A program made the translations under genes and the position numbers. This document shows positions 40,262 through 50,790 of a stretch of DNA of 64,000 nucleotides, in pieces (positions within the stretch are counted from its first letter, which is position 1; every line of letters starts with the position of its first letter). The notes under the pieces were generated by a model. It saw only the letters and a program-made list of their open reading frames with translations. It made no database searches and was not told the DNA's origin. This stretch comes from a virus (taxonomy: Duplodnaviria > Heunggongvirae > Uroviricota > Caudoviricetes): IMG/VR virus record IMGVR_UViG_3300006204_000004, positions 62,067 through 126,066 of that record. One strand, given 5' to 3'.

Positions 40262-41485
40262 ATGGGGGAGAAATATATGTCTGATAAATATGAAGAAAAA
40301 AATGTGCCATACAAAGATAATAAGTATTCAAAATCAAATTATCTAATATCTGCAAAATATGCTTCAAGTCTACTAGAAAATAAAATAACTGCTATATCGT
40401 TGGCAAAAATACAAAAAAAAGAGTATACAGAAGATAAGAATGGCAGAATTGTATGTAGTATGACTGCTAATGAATTGAGAAAATTGTTAAATGCGAATGC
40501 AGGATCGTTTTATTCACAGTTAGAACCAGTGGCGATGAATATGACATCAAGGACTATTGGGTTTAGTGATCCTAGTAGAAATGGTGGAATGTTTGACTAT
40601 ATTTCTGTTATAGATAGAGCAAGGTATGAAAATGGGGTATTTAGTATATTCTACAATTCGGACGTTAAAGAATATTTATCCGATTTTAAAGCAAATTTTA
40701 CAGTTTTAGAATTGCCTACGATGTTAAAATTTAAAAACGTATATAGTTTTAGATTGTATGAATTATTATCTAGTAAGTCATATTATAGAAAAGGTATTCC
40801 TAAAGAGCTAAAAACACAGGTGTTTAGGATCGAATTTAATTTGTCAGAATTGAAGCTAAACATGGGAGTAGTAAATGCTGAATTGGATGCTGTACGAAAA
40901 GAATTAAATAATAAACAGGCACCAAATTATGATAAGGCAATAGAAAAATCCCCTGAAAAAAAATTTAATACATGGTATGAATTTAAAAGGGGAGTGTTGG
41001 ATACAGCCATAAAGGAAATAAACAATAAAACAGATATGAAAGTAAGTTTCAATCCTTTGAAGGGTGGTCGGGGAGCTAAGGTATATGGCGTAGAATTTAT
41101 TGTTGATTTGACGGGCAAAAATGTAGAAGCTATTGAAAATGTTTTAGAAACAGTAAAAGAAATGACTGATGATGAAAAAATTGATTTTGTCATAGATGCA
41201 AAGATGATTCTTAAAGAATTTTCTACTAAAGATGTAAGAGTAATTTGTGAAAAGTCGGGATATGATATTGAAAAAATAAAAGAAGCGTATCACATATATT
41301 CTAAACAAAAAAATATATCTAATCCTACAGGATGGATGATTTCTTGTATAGAGAATGAGTATCAAAATGATTGGGATACTGGAAATGAAAAGAATAGTAG
41401 TTTTAATAATTTTAGTCAAAGAAAGTATAACTATGAAGAATTGGAACGGGAGTTACTCAATATGGGAATGTTTCACGGAAAATGA
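40262..41485 (+). CDS. Plasmid replication initiator (Rep_3-like, iteron-binding)
   Basis: Immediately downstream of the iterons. N-terminal region LISAKYASSLLENKITAISLAKIQ is typical of Rep_3 initiators. Confidence 0.6.
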   Translation: MGEKYMSDKYEEKNVPYKDNKYSKSNYLISAKYASSLLENKITAISLAKIQKKEYTEDKNGRIVCSMTANELRKLLNANAGSFYSQLEPVAMNMTSRTIGFSDPSRNGGMFDYISVIDRARYENGVFSIFYNSDVKEYLSDFKANFTVLELPTMLKFKNVYSFRLYELLSSKSYYRKGIPKELKTQVFRIEFNLSELKLNMGVVNAELDAVRKELNNKQAPNYDKAIEKSPEKKFNTWYEFKRGVLDTAIKEINNKTDMKVSFNPLKGGRGAKVYGVEFIVDLTGKNVEAIENVLETVKEMTDDEKIDFVIDAKMILKEFSTKDVRVICEKSGYDIEKIKEAYHIYSKQKNISNPTGWMISCIENEYQNDWDTGNEKNSSFNNFSQRKYNYEELERELLNMGMFHGK

Positions 41486-41595
41486 GTTTGGTATTTTACA
41501 TAGATTTTTACCACATAATACGTGGTAATTTATATGTGATATATCTATAAAGAAAAAGACCTTAAAAGTTATATTTCATTTGATTTAAAAATCTT

Positions 41596-42267
41596 GTGAA
41601 AGGGAATGTTTCACGGAAAATGCCTAAAAATAAAATTGTCAAGACCTTACCAGATAGGATATTTTATAGATTGTGGAAAGCAGCAGATAGTGATATTAAG
41701 ATCTATGAGTATATAGATTCTTTTACAAGTCCATTGTCAAATACTTACATTGATTTTCGTAAGAAGTACAAGCTGGATGAATTACAAGTTATAAAGATGC
41801 TGGAAAATATATACAGAGCAGCACATTTGAATGTAAGAGAAATCATAGATGCATCCGGGAGGAAAAAGGCAGATATAGGTTACATATTTTGTATTCCCAT
41901 TCGGACACTTGAAGACTGGTGCTCTGGAAAGAATAAATGTCCATCTTACGCCAGGCTGATGATGATAAGAAAGTTTGAGCTGTTGAATCTGGGCAAATAC
42001 ATTTATCTTGAGTCTGATAATCATATTGTGTATAATGCATATAAGAGTAGAAGGGTAGAAGTAGAACGGAAGAATGCAGAAATTGTGATGACAGAAAATA
42101 ATATAGATATTGATAATAAAAACGATTATCGTATATCTAATAAGAATGGTTATATGATGTCTATGAAAGAATATGAGCAGTTACATGTTCACAATAGTAA
42201 TAAAGATATACAAGATATTATTGCAGCAACAGATTATCTGAGGGACTATATGAAAAAAGGTAATTAA
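41596..42267 (+). CDS. Hypothetical protein
   Basis: The 5' end repeats the last 21 nt of rep (GGGAATGTTTCACGGAAAATG). Confidence 0.4.
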   Translation: MKGNVSRKMPKNKIVKTLPDRIFYRLWKAADSDIKIYEYIDSFTSPLSNTYIDFRKKYKLDELQVIKMLENIYRAAHLNVREIIDASGRKKADIGYIFCIPIRTLEDWCSGKNKCPSYARLMMIRKFELLNLGKYIYLESDNHIVYNAYKSRRVEVERKNAEIVMTENNIDIDNKNDYRISNKNGYMMSMKEYEQLHVHNSNKDIQDIIAATDYLRDYMKKGN

Positions 42268-42283
42268 GAAAGAGGAGATATAT

Positions 42284-42850
42284 ATGGATGCTTTTAAATT
42301 AGATAATTATGAAAATGATAAATGTACAATCGAAGATATATATGCTTTACCAGATGGACAAAGGGCAGAGCTGATTGATAGCGAATTATATATGATGGCT
42401 ACTCCTAGTAGAATTCACCAAAGAATTGTTATGGAATTGTCATTTAGAATAAGAGATTATATAGGAAATAAGAATTGGGATTGTGAAGTGTATCCAGCAC
42501 CATTTGCAGTATTTTTAAATGCTAATAATGATATTTATGTAGAACCTGATATTTCTGTGATTTGTGATAAGAACAAGCTAACTGATGAAGGGTGCAATGG
42601 TGCACCGGATTGGATTATAGAGATTGTTTCTCCGTCAAGTCGTCCAATGGATTATAATAAAAAGCTATTCAAATATAGGACGGCAGGAGTGAGGGAGTAT
42701 TGGATTGTTGATTATGAACGTAATCTTATAACTGTTTATAACTTCGAGAATGATGAAATGAGAGATTATACATTTATAGATGAGGTAAAAGCTGGAATAT
42801 ACGATGATTTTGTAATTGACTTTTCAGTGATTAATATTGACGAACAATAG
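42284..42850 (+). CDS. Uma2/DUF820-family PD-(D/E)xK endonuclease
   Basis: Motifs EPDISV..D, DWIIEIVSPSS, REYWIVD. Confidence 0.8.
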   Translation: MDAFKLDNYENDKCTIEDIYALPDGQRAELIDSELYMMATPSRIHQRIVMELSFRIRDYIGNKNWDCEVYPAPFAVFLNANNDIYVEPDISVICDKNKLTDEGCNGAPDWIIEIVSPSSRPMDYNKKLFKYRTAGVREYWIVDYERNLITVYNFENDEMRDYTFIDEVKAGIYDDFVIDFSVINIDEQ

Positions 42851-42995
42851 AATACAAAATAGTTACACAATCCTCTCTATAAAGTTTTTAGATATTGAAA
42901 TATATAATTGCACATTGGAAATATGAAAAACGCATACAGAACGATTATTTCAAAAAATGGGGGACAAAAAACATCCCCATTTCCTAAATTAACAC

Positions 42996-43024
42996 TTGCA
43001 AATGAGCAAGGTATCATTTATAAT
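42996..43024 (+). promoter_or_regulatory. Sigma-A promoter for sRNA C
   Basis: TTGCAA-17 nt-TATAAT. Confidence 0.55.
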
Positions 43025-43030
43025 CAGATT

Positions 43031-43142
43031 AGAAACAGCCAAAGGGTATTTGCACGTCCGATGGTTGTCACCGGAAACTAATTGTGTTTCAAATTAATTT
43101 AGGCTATCCCCTATTGCGAGTAGGTGATAGCCCTTTTATTTG
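43031..43142 (+). ncRNA. Candidate antitoxin sRNA C (RNAII-like)
   Basis: ~110 nt ending at hairpin GGCTATC-17 nt-GATAGCC plus CTTTTATTTG (43102-43142). Convergent with peptide gene C. Confidence 0.45.
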
Positions 43143-43213
43143 CGGTGGTTGTCGAGATAAGATAAAGCTGCGAATACAACTAACAGCAACGTCAAAATTT
43201 CTAACGTATCCAT
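43136..43213 (-). CDS. Fst-like type I toxin peptide C (25 aa: MDTLEILTLLLVVFAALSYLDNHRK)
   Basis: SD AAAGGAGGT 4-5 nt before the ATG. 5' UTR hairpin CTTTCC-gggaac-GGAAAG overlaps the SD. GGTGGTTGT at the mRNA 5' end is complementary to ACAACCACC at its 3' end. Paralogous to peptide A. Confidence 0.5.
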   Translation of the reverse strand: MDTLEILTLLLVVFAALSYLDNHRK

Positions 43214-43615
43214 ATGTACCTCCTTTCCGTTCCCGGAAAGTACAACCACCAGACTATCCCTACGCTGTTCTAATCTGACTATGAAATATTATAGCATATT
43301 ATGTCTGTTATTGCTATACGAAAAAATAAATTATATATTGCATTTGATTGTAAGAAATGATAATATAAAAATGTAATTCAATAATTAATTGTTTTATCCA
43401 ATAAAACTCCTGAGATGCACCCCACAATTTGTATCTTAGGAGTTTTATTATTATAGAAGAATTCTATAATAATAGTTAGTCAAGTTTTATAATCTTTTAA
43501 CCTTATTTTAATGTTTTCTCAATATTTTGTTGTATTTTCATATATAGTTGTGTTATAGTTGTAATTAACTTATATACTTACAAGAGTAAATTCAACAAAT
43601 AAGGAGGAACCAGTT

Positions 43616-46600
43616 ATGAAGAAATGCTTTTTAAAGAAAGTGCTTGCAAGTATTTTATCTTCGGCTATGATTGTATCTGCAGTACCGCAGACAAATTTAG
43701 CAACTATATCTGCAGCAAAGAAAAATGTAGGACTTAATACTACTTTTAAAACCTTGAAGGTTGGCAAAAGTTACAAATTGAAATTGAAAAATAATTCTAT
43801 TAATTGGAAAATCCAAAAAGTATCAACTACGAATAAAAGAATTTGTACGGTTTACAAAAAGAAATCTACGTCCGTTTTATTAAAGGGTAAAAATGAAGGA
43901 CGAGCTACAATTAAGATCAAAGTTAAAACCAGCAAAAGAAGGACGTTTAATAAGAAAACATTAAAATGCAGGGTCAAGGTTGTACCAAGAAAGTTTACAC
44001 CTGCCCCAGAACCGCAACCTGATCCAGTTCCAGAACCGATAACTACATATAGTATAACATTCAATACAAATGGTGGAAGTTATATTTCTGGGCAATCAGT
44101 TGAAAGTGGAAAAATAATCATAAAACCGAATGATCCTGTAAGACAAGATTATGTATTTAAAGGATGGTATAGTGATATTAATCTTGAAAATGTATATGAT
44201 TTTTCAAGTGCTGTAACAGGAAATATAACATTATATGCAAAATGGAATAATACATATACAGTAAAATTTCAAACAAATGGTGGAAATACTATTGAAGACC
44301 AGATTATAGAAAATGGTGAAAAAGTCACAAAACCAAACGATCCTACGAGATCAAGATCGATATTTTTAGGGTGGTTTAGTGATGGTCAATTAAAAGAAAA
44401 ATATGATTTTTCAAGTACAGTTACAAAAGATATGACTATTTATGCCAGATGGCAAGTTGAAAATGATTATCAACCTAATTGGGGTTATACGGGTGGGAAT
44501 ACTACAGGAAATAATTCAGGAAATAATAATGCAATGCCAGTTAAATATACAGTGAAATTTGATTCAAATGGCGGAAGTAAAATCGAAGACCAGATTATTG
44601 TAGACGGTAACAATGCTATAAAACCAAAAGATCCAATAAAAGAAGGATATATTTTTGATGGTTGGTATATGGATAGTGAATTTAAAGAAACATTTGATTT
44701 TAAAATGGATATAACAAAAAATGTCACATTATATGCAAAGTGGACGAATAAAATTACATATACAGTGACGTTTGATTCTAACGGAGGCAATAAAATCCAA
44801 GAACAAATTATTGAAGATGGAAATTGTGCCATAATACCTGATAATCCGATAAGAAATGGTTATATTTTTGATGGATGGTATACAGGAAAGGAACAAAATG
44901 AAAAATTTAACTTTGAAAGTATTATATTAGAAAATATAACATTATATGCAAAATGGATAATTGATGACAATATGAAGTTTGATTTGGGAAAAATTGAGAA
45001 TTTAGTAAGTGATGGAACTATTACAATTTCTCAAAAAAATGATACATCTATTAAATTTATGGATGGAGTTTTTTTGAATAAAGAAGTTAATAATACTTCA
45101 GATGCTTTAGATATTTTAGATAAGGTGTCTCCAATCTTGACAGTAGACGATAATAATATTGTTGAAACTATAGGAGATATTGAAACATATTCAGAAAATT
45201 TTGGAAGTGATTTTGAAGAGAATTATTATTTATTTAAGCCTGAGATAGGTGGTATTCCTGTAGAAGGAAGTGATATTATTTTAATTACAGGTGACGACCA
45301 TATTCCTCAAGTATTAATAAATTCTTATAATAATGATATTGAAAAAGTTAATATAATTCCAGATGAAGATGTAACAAATAGTATAGAAGATATTATAAAA
45401 AATAATATTATGTCTAATGTAAAAGAGGGTGTGGAATCTGAGTTGATATCTGCGATATTAGAATCGTTGAGTTATGATAAAAAGTTAGTTATATATGCGA
45501 TAGGTGAGGATAAAAAACCACAACTTGCTTGGAAAGTAATAGTAACCAGCAAAACTAATATAGAAGAGGGCGGAAACGTTATCGATGATATTGATATAGA
45601 ATCTTTATCTGAGAGTATGGTGCCCAATATATGTTTGAGTTATTATATTTGTGCAAATGGTTCTGATGGAGGGTCAATTATTGTACAGTCACCAGTGGGT
45701 CAAGGTATTTGGACACCTACACAGGCAGAAGGAGAAGATATAAAAGGTAATTCTCAAACATTTAATTGTGAAGTTCAAGATAATGAATATCGAATGGTTG
45801 ATAATATTCGTAATATTTCAACATATCGAACATTATATAGATCATATGGGTTTTTAGGACTAGGAAAACAAGAAGCAGTTTTGCCTGGGGAGATTTCAAA
45901 AAAAGGATTATTTGGATGGAACAAAAAAACAGTATCTGCACATACAACAATGGCAAAAGCATATGATTATTATAAAAATAATTTAAACAGAAAATCTTAT
46001 GATGGTAGTGGGGACGATATAAAACTAAGTGTTGAATATGTTCCTGATAGTACAAATGCATTTGGTTGGTTATTTAATGTTTTTTTTAATAGCAATGCAT
46101 GTTGGCATCCATATTATAAACAATTTATGTTTAATAACGCAGGAGGATTTGAAGCTGCATTAGATGTATGTGGACACGAATTTACACATGCTGTTATAAA
46201 TACAATAGTAGGAGGAAAAAGTTTAGAAACAACTTTAACTTATATTGGCGAAACGGGTGCATTAAACGAGTCGTATGCAGATATATTAGGTTGCTTAATC
46301 GAAAGAAAAACAGGACATGATAAATGGCTTATTAGTGAAGACGCTACTGATGGTGCTATACGAGATATGTCAAATCCTTCAGTATATGATCAACCTGATC
46401 ATTATGATAATAAATATACGGGTGATAACAACAGTAAATATGTACATACAAATAGTGGTATTTTTAACTACGCAGCCTATAAAATGATGACAGATAATCG
46501 AACATCAAATATTTCTGATGATAAATGGGCCAAAGTATTTTATAAATCACTTTATCGCTTAACAACAGATGCTGATTTTTTAGAAGCAAGTTTAGCCGTA

Positions 46601-47179
46601 ATTAATTCCGCTAAAACTTTAGGTTTTACATATGATCAATTAGAAGCAATACGTGATGCATATAAAGCAGTAGGAATCATTGAAGATAATACTGTAAGAA
46701 TTGTGCTACGTTGGGGCGAAATACCACAAGATTTAGATGCACATCTTGTTGGGCCTGCAGTTAATGATGGAGAAAAGTTTCATGTGTATTTTTCTAATAA
46801 GCATTATTATAGTGAAAACGAAGATAATATTGCTGACTTAGATTATGATTATACTAATGGAAATGGTATAGAAATTATTTCAATACGTACTTTAACTCCA
46901 GGTGATTATTATTATTATGTACATGATTATAGTAATAAAGGTAGTACAGATTCTATGGAGATGTCAAAGTCTGATGCAATTGTTAAAGTGTATCAAGGTA
47001 CAACAAATGAAATATTAAAAACAACTGATGGAAAAGATGCATCATTTAATATTGATAAGACAAAGAATGCAACTTTATGGACGGTAATGCATATACATAT
47101 AAATGAGAATCACACAATAGATATTAAAAGTGAAAATAACTATGCATATCATTATAATGAAGATACAATTGGACAATAA
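43616..47179 (+). CDS. Secreted M4 (thermolysin-like) zinc metalloprotease with five Listeria-Bacteroides-type repeats
   Basis: Signal peptide. Five repeats of YTVKFDSNGG...GYIFDGWY...NVTLYAKW. HExxH (VCGHEFTHAV) plus GALNESYADI third ligand. Confidence 0.8.
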   Translation: MKKCFLKKVLASILSSAMIVSAVPQTNLATISAAKKNVGLNTTFKTLKVGKSYKLKLKNNSINWKIQKVSTTNKRICTVYKKKSTSVLLKGKNEGRATIKIKVKTSKRRTFNKKTLKCRVKVVPRKFTPAPEPQPDPVPEPITTYSITFNTNGGSYISGQSVESGKIIIKPNDPVRQDYVFKGWYSDINLENVYDFSSAVTGNITLYAKWNNTYTVKFQTNGGNTIEDQIIENGEKVTKPNDPTRSRSIFLGWFSDGQLKEKYDFSSTVTKDMTIYARWQVENDYQPNWGYTGGNTTGNNSGNNNAMPVKYTVKFDSNGGSKIEDQIIVDGNNAIKPKDPIKEGYIFDGWYMDSEFKETFDFKMDITKNVTLYAKWTNKITYTVTFDSNGGNKIQEQIIEDGNCAIIPDNPIRNGYIFDGWYTGKEQNEKFNFESIILENITLYAKWIIDDNMKFDLGKIENLVSDGTITISQKNDTSIKFMDGVFLNKEVNNTSDALDILDKVSPILTVDDNNIVETIGDIETYSENFGSDFEENYYLFKPEIGGIPVEGSDIILITGDDHIPQVLINSYNNDIEKVNIIPDEDVTNSIEDIIKNNIMSNVKEGVESELISAILESLSYDKKLVIYAIGEDKKPQLAWKVIVTSKTNIEEGGNVIDDIDIESLSESMVPNICLSYYICANGSDGGSIIVQSPVGQGIWTPTQAEGEDIKGNSQTFNCEVQDNEYRMVDNIRNISTYRTLYRSYGFLGLGKQEAVLPGEISKKGLFGWNKKTVSAHTTMAKAYDYYKNNLNRKSYDGSGDDIKLSVEYVPDSTNAFGWLFNVFFNSNACWHPYYKQFMFNNAGGFEAALDVCGHEFTHAVINTIVGGKSLETTLTYIGETGALNESYADILGCLIERKTGHDKWLISEDATDGAIRDMSNPSVYDQPDHYDNKYTGDNNSKYVHTNSGIFNYAAYKMMTDNRTSNISDDKWAKVFYKSLYRLTTDADFLEASLAVINSAKTLGFTYDQLEAIRDAYKAVGIIEDNTVRIVLRWGEIPQDLDAHLVGPAVNDGEKFHVYFSNKHYYSENEDNIADLDYDYTNGNGIEIISIRTLTPGDYYYYVHDYSNKGSTDSMEMSKSDAIVKVYQGTTNEILKTTDGKDASFNIDKTKNATLWTVMHIHINENHTIDIKSENNYAYHYNEDTIGQ

Positions 47180-47234
47180 TTATAATCTGATACTTTGCGT
47201 AGTTTTATACAATTTATAGTTTAAACATTAAAAA

Positions 47235-47291
47235 TTGTAAAATAGGGAAAATTTTATACTAATATCATATCCTATATTCCCTATTTTACAA
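47235..47291. terminator. Inverted repeat / bidirectional terminator between protease and dut
   Basis: TTGTAAAATAGGGAA-27 nt-TTCCCTATTTTACAA. Confidence 0.4.
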
Positions 47292-47627
47292 TTTTAGGAT
47301 GTATTTATTTATCTTCTATTCTAAAAAACTTTCTCTAATTTTTTTCACACATATAAGTATCTCCTGTATTTTTACACAGTCTCTGTTTAAATTGAAACTA
47401 AAAGTGCTGATTATGAAAAGGAGAAAGGTGAAGACAACACGTTTATGCTTTAAGTTGTTGTTGGTAGAGTTGATTAGATAGAATTTATGTATGTTATAAT
47501 TTAGTTAGTAGGTATGTTGGTGAAATAGTAAACAAAACTATTCGTAAAAGGATAGTTTTACGAATAGTTTTGACATAAATAAATAATTTATAATAAACTA
47601 TAATGTTAAATATTACTATTAATTAAT

Positions 47628-48071
47628 TTATTTTATTCCAGTGCTTCCATGTCCGCCTCGATTTGTATGATTTAGTTTAGAGACTTCATAAAATTCGAAT
47701 TCAGGTTGATGCTCTAAAATTCTAAATTGACATATTCTATCATTTATGTGTATTTCTGTATCTCGCATTGCAAGTGCGGGGAAAAACCATTGATCATTGT
47801 CTCCACAATAGGATTCATCAATAAGTCCCATGTGATTTGTTTGTATTATACCGAAATTTTTAAAGGTAGAACTTCTTGGTATTATATGTGCTTCATATCC
47901 TTTTGGTAATTGTACAGCTATCCCAAGAGGTATTAATTTAAATTCTCCTTTTTTTAGTTTTATATTTTCTGCTGATCTCAAATCAATCCAATCTGATTTT
48001 CCGTTAATATAACATAATTTCTCAATTTTATCTGAAAAATATTTAATGTATATTTTTATTTTTTCTTTCAT
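47628..48071 (-). CDS. dut: dUTP diphosphatase
   Basis: Motifs [24 protein letters not shown]. Confidence 0.85.
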   Translation of the reverse strand: MKEKIKIYIKYFSDKIEKLCYINGKSDWIDLRSAENIKLKKGEFKLIPLGIAVQLPKGYEAHIIPRSSTFKNFGIIQTNHMGLIDESYCGDNDQWFFPALAMRDTEIHINDRICQFRILEHQPEFEFYEVSKLNHTNRGGHGSTGIK

Positions 48072-48892
48072 TAATAATCCTTTCTTTATAATATATTTTA
48101 AGATTAAATCTTGATTTTTACTTTATAAAAATTATGTTAAACCAATATTACAGTTTATTATTTAGTACTTTTATGCTCACATGGAATACGTTGTCCATAA
48201 ATATATTTTTTATTTTTTAATTTGCAATGTATAATTATTTTTGCTTTATTAGTTTCATCTAAAATACTATAATTACAATTTTCACATTCATTTGTTGTTA
48301 TCATTTTTTCACTCATGAATTTTAATCCTCTTTTTCTTTATTTTACATTTTTTAATTTGTTTGTTGATATTTTTATATATCATTTTTAGTATATCTTCGA
48401 AATTACCATATTCATAATTATAAAATGGAATATAATAATTTCCTTTTAGGTCATATACATTTAGAAAAATAGATCCATCAGTTGTGTCAATTGTGATTTC
48501 TCCTTCTATAGAAGCAGATGAATTATATTTTACAACAGGAAAACGCATAGAATAATATTTTCTGTCGCAATCACTTATTATTTTATTATAAGAAAATCCT
48601 AAAGCATGTAAGTTTTTATGGGAGAAGTCTTTCATTATGTATTTATTTTTTAATATATTTTCCAAGTAAATTATCCTTTCATAATTTTATTTAGAACTTA
48701 TGATTAATTATTTTTATTAGTAAGTTTTAATATATCAGAAATAAATGATAGTGTGTGTAAAGGATCATTTAGAAAAATTATATTTATAAAGTCTTCTATA
48801 GAAAACTTATAATTATTTATAATATTAGAATCATTAATTGAATTATTTTTATGAGGAATATTTTTTGTCACTTTATCTAACTCCATAAATAT

Positions 48893-49402
48893 TTAGTTTG
48901 TTACTATATGTTTGTCGTCATTTGTAATGTAGTAATTTTGAATTACACCTTGACAAAATGGTTTGCCTTGATCTATATTAAATTCAAATTCGCTATTGTT
49001 TGTCATTTTAATAATAATATGATATTCTTCTGTTGGATCTGAATTATTTGCGTCGATAATACCAGTTATATTTACAAGATCAAAATTGGATATCGAATTA
49101 TTATTTTGAGTATGAAATAATAAAATTTTATTATCTGGGATTTTTGTACATTTAATTCCAGTTGGTATTACCATTTCTCCTTCCGAACAAAAAATTACAT
49201 CCATAGGAATAAAAAAATCATATCCTGCAGATTTGTTTGTTTTACGCGTTGGAAGTTTTATATTATTATACATAGCTTGAATGTATTCAGGGTTGTTTTC
49301 ATCTTCTGGGAAAAATTTTATCCAATCTCTTGTAAATATCTCTATAGATACTTTCTCAAATCGTGTTGTTGTTATATTTTCTGGTTTTAAATTTTTTCTC
49401 AT
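48893..49402 (-). CDS. dUTPase-like fold protein (divergent, lacks motif V)
   Basis: SAGYDF (motif I-like), IPTGI, GKPFCQGVI. Confidence 0.4.
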   Translation of the reverse strand: MRKNLKPENITTTRFEKVSIEIFTRDWIKFFPEDENNPEYIQAMYNNIKLPTRKTNKSAGYDFFIPMDVIFCSEGEMVIPTGIKCTKIPDNKILLFHTQNNNSISNFDLVNITGIIDANNSDPTEEYHIIIKMTNNSEFEFNIDQGKPFCQGVIQNYYITNDDKHIVTN

Positions 49403-49541
49403 ATAAATTCCTTTCCTTGTTATAATTTTGTTTTTACATATATGATTATGTTATAAATCTTTTACTTAACGGTTGCTATGTGCATAACCTATTAACTCCT
49501 TTACCTATTTGCCAATGCTCATTTTAAAATCATCTAATGTT

Positions 49542-50075
49542 TTACACTCTTTTGTTCCACATTTTTATAATATCTTCCAAATACGGAGAATATGTTCCGT
49601 TAATTGAAGCGGTGTTCATATAGCATTTTTGACACTGTATAACGAAACCTTCATCTCCACCAATTCTATGCTCTTGGACAACACTAATTCTTGCATCTCC
49701 TCCACAGAACGGACACGGTTTTAATCTGGAACTCTTTTTGTCAATCCTATCTTCTAGCGGCGTTTCCAGATATCTCAAGTCCCATTCGTTATTTTCAATT
49801 ACTTTCATTGGAATCCAGAACTGATGTCTTAATCCATAGTCAATTATGATTCCGTTTTCGTCATTCCATGCCCTGATTGAAAGTTTTTCTGCGCTCAAAT
49901 TGCAGTCCTCAATTTCTTTGAAGAAATCCTTCATGGAAATATCTTGACTTATCCCTTGCCACTCATACCAAGGGGAAACCTGCGCATCATTAATAACGTC
50001 TCTAAAGCATATAACATCTGGATTTTCGTATGCGTGATGACAGATGCCGTTAATTCCATCCGCTTTAAAACTCAT
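49542..50075 (-). CDS. Lar-family (restriction alleviation) zinc-ribbon domain protein with N-terminal extension
   Basis: C-terminal KPCPFCGGDARISVV...IQCQKCYMNTAS is the Lar-family pattern. Confidence 0.5.
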   Translation of the reverse strand: MSFKADGINGICHHAYENPDVICFRDVINDAQVSPWYEWQGISQDISMKDFFKEIEDCNLSAEKLSIRAWNDENGIIIDYGLRHQFWIPMKVIENNEWDLRYLETPLEDRIDKKSSRLKPCPFCGGDARISVVQEHRIGGDEGFVIQCQKCYMNTASINGTYSPYLEDIIKMWNKRV

Positions 50076-50496
50076 TTGTTTTCCCTCCTACAACAATCCC
50101 TCATTCAGATTTTCAAGACTGATTTTCATTCCGTCAACTTTTCCGTTTCTTATACTCTCCACATCTGCAATCGCAAGATAAGACTTATCAAAATCCTTCT
50201 TGTCAATTAAAAACGCAAAGCATAGCCCCACGTCTTTTAATGCCTTTTTCAAAAGATCTAAATGTAGTGAAATGTATTGTTTTTGTTCATCTGTCATCTT
50301 ACAAATTCCTTCCTCTCCAAATTTCCGCACCTATGCGTACCAATCAAATCAAAATCATCTTTACATCTGCATTTCTTCCTTTTGACATCTTCCTCTGACA
50401 GCCAAGCCTGATGCAATCTGCACCAATATGTAGGATTTTTACATATTTTATTGTCAAGCCCCATTAATGGATGTCTTTGGTCTGCTATTTGGTAGG

Positions 50497-50790
50497 TCAT
50501 GGGGTATCGCTCCAATCTATTCTCTGGAAACATTCATCGCAAAATCTATCGCTCTCCACCAAACAATGACTACACTTAGGACATATTCCGAATTTAAGCC
50601 GTCCCATTCTCCCAACTGCTTTAGGTTTCACTCTCTGCATTTTCTCTTTATCAGAAAAGGATTTCAAAAATTCCTCATGCTTTTCTTTTTTGTATGCTTC
50701 TATATCTTCTTTTGCTGGTGGATTTATATGTACTATTGGCATTATTATTACTCTCCCTCCCGTGAAATACCTTGACCGCATTTTGGACAA
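50497..50790 (-). CDS. Hypothetical zinc-ribbon protein
   Basis: CPKCSHC...CDEC. Confidence 0.35.
   Translation of the reverse strand: MSKMRSRYFTGGRVIIMPIVHINPPAKEDIEAYKKEKHEEFLKSFSDKEKMQRVKPKAVGRMGRLKFGICPKCSHCLVESDRFCDECFQRIDWSDTP

Noticed and set aside
43084-43278. 64-aa plus-strand ORF at the type I TA locus C
   Set aside because: Same reasoning: it crosses the bidirectional terminator and the structured toxin mRNA region.
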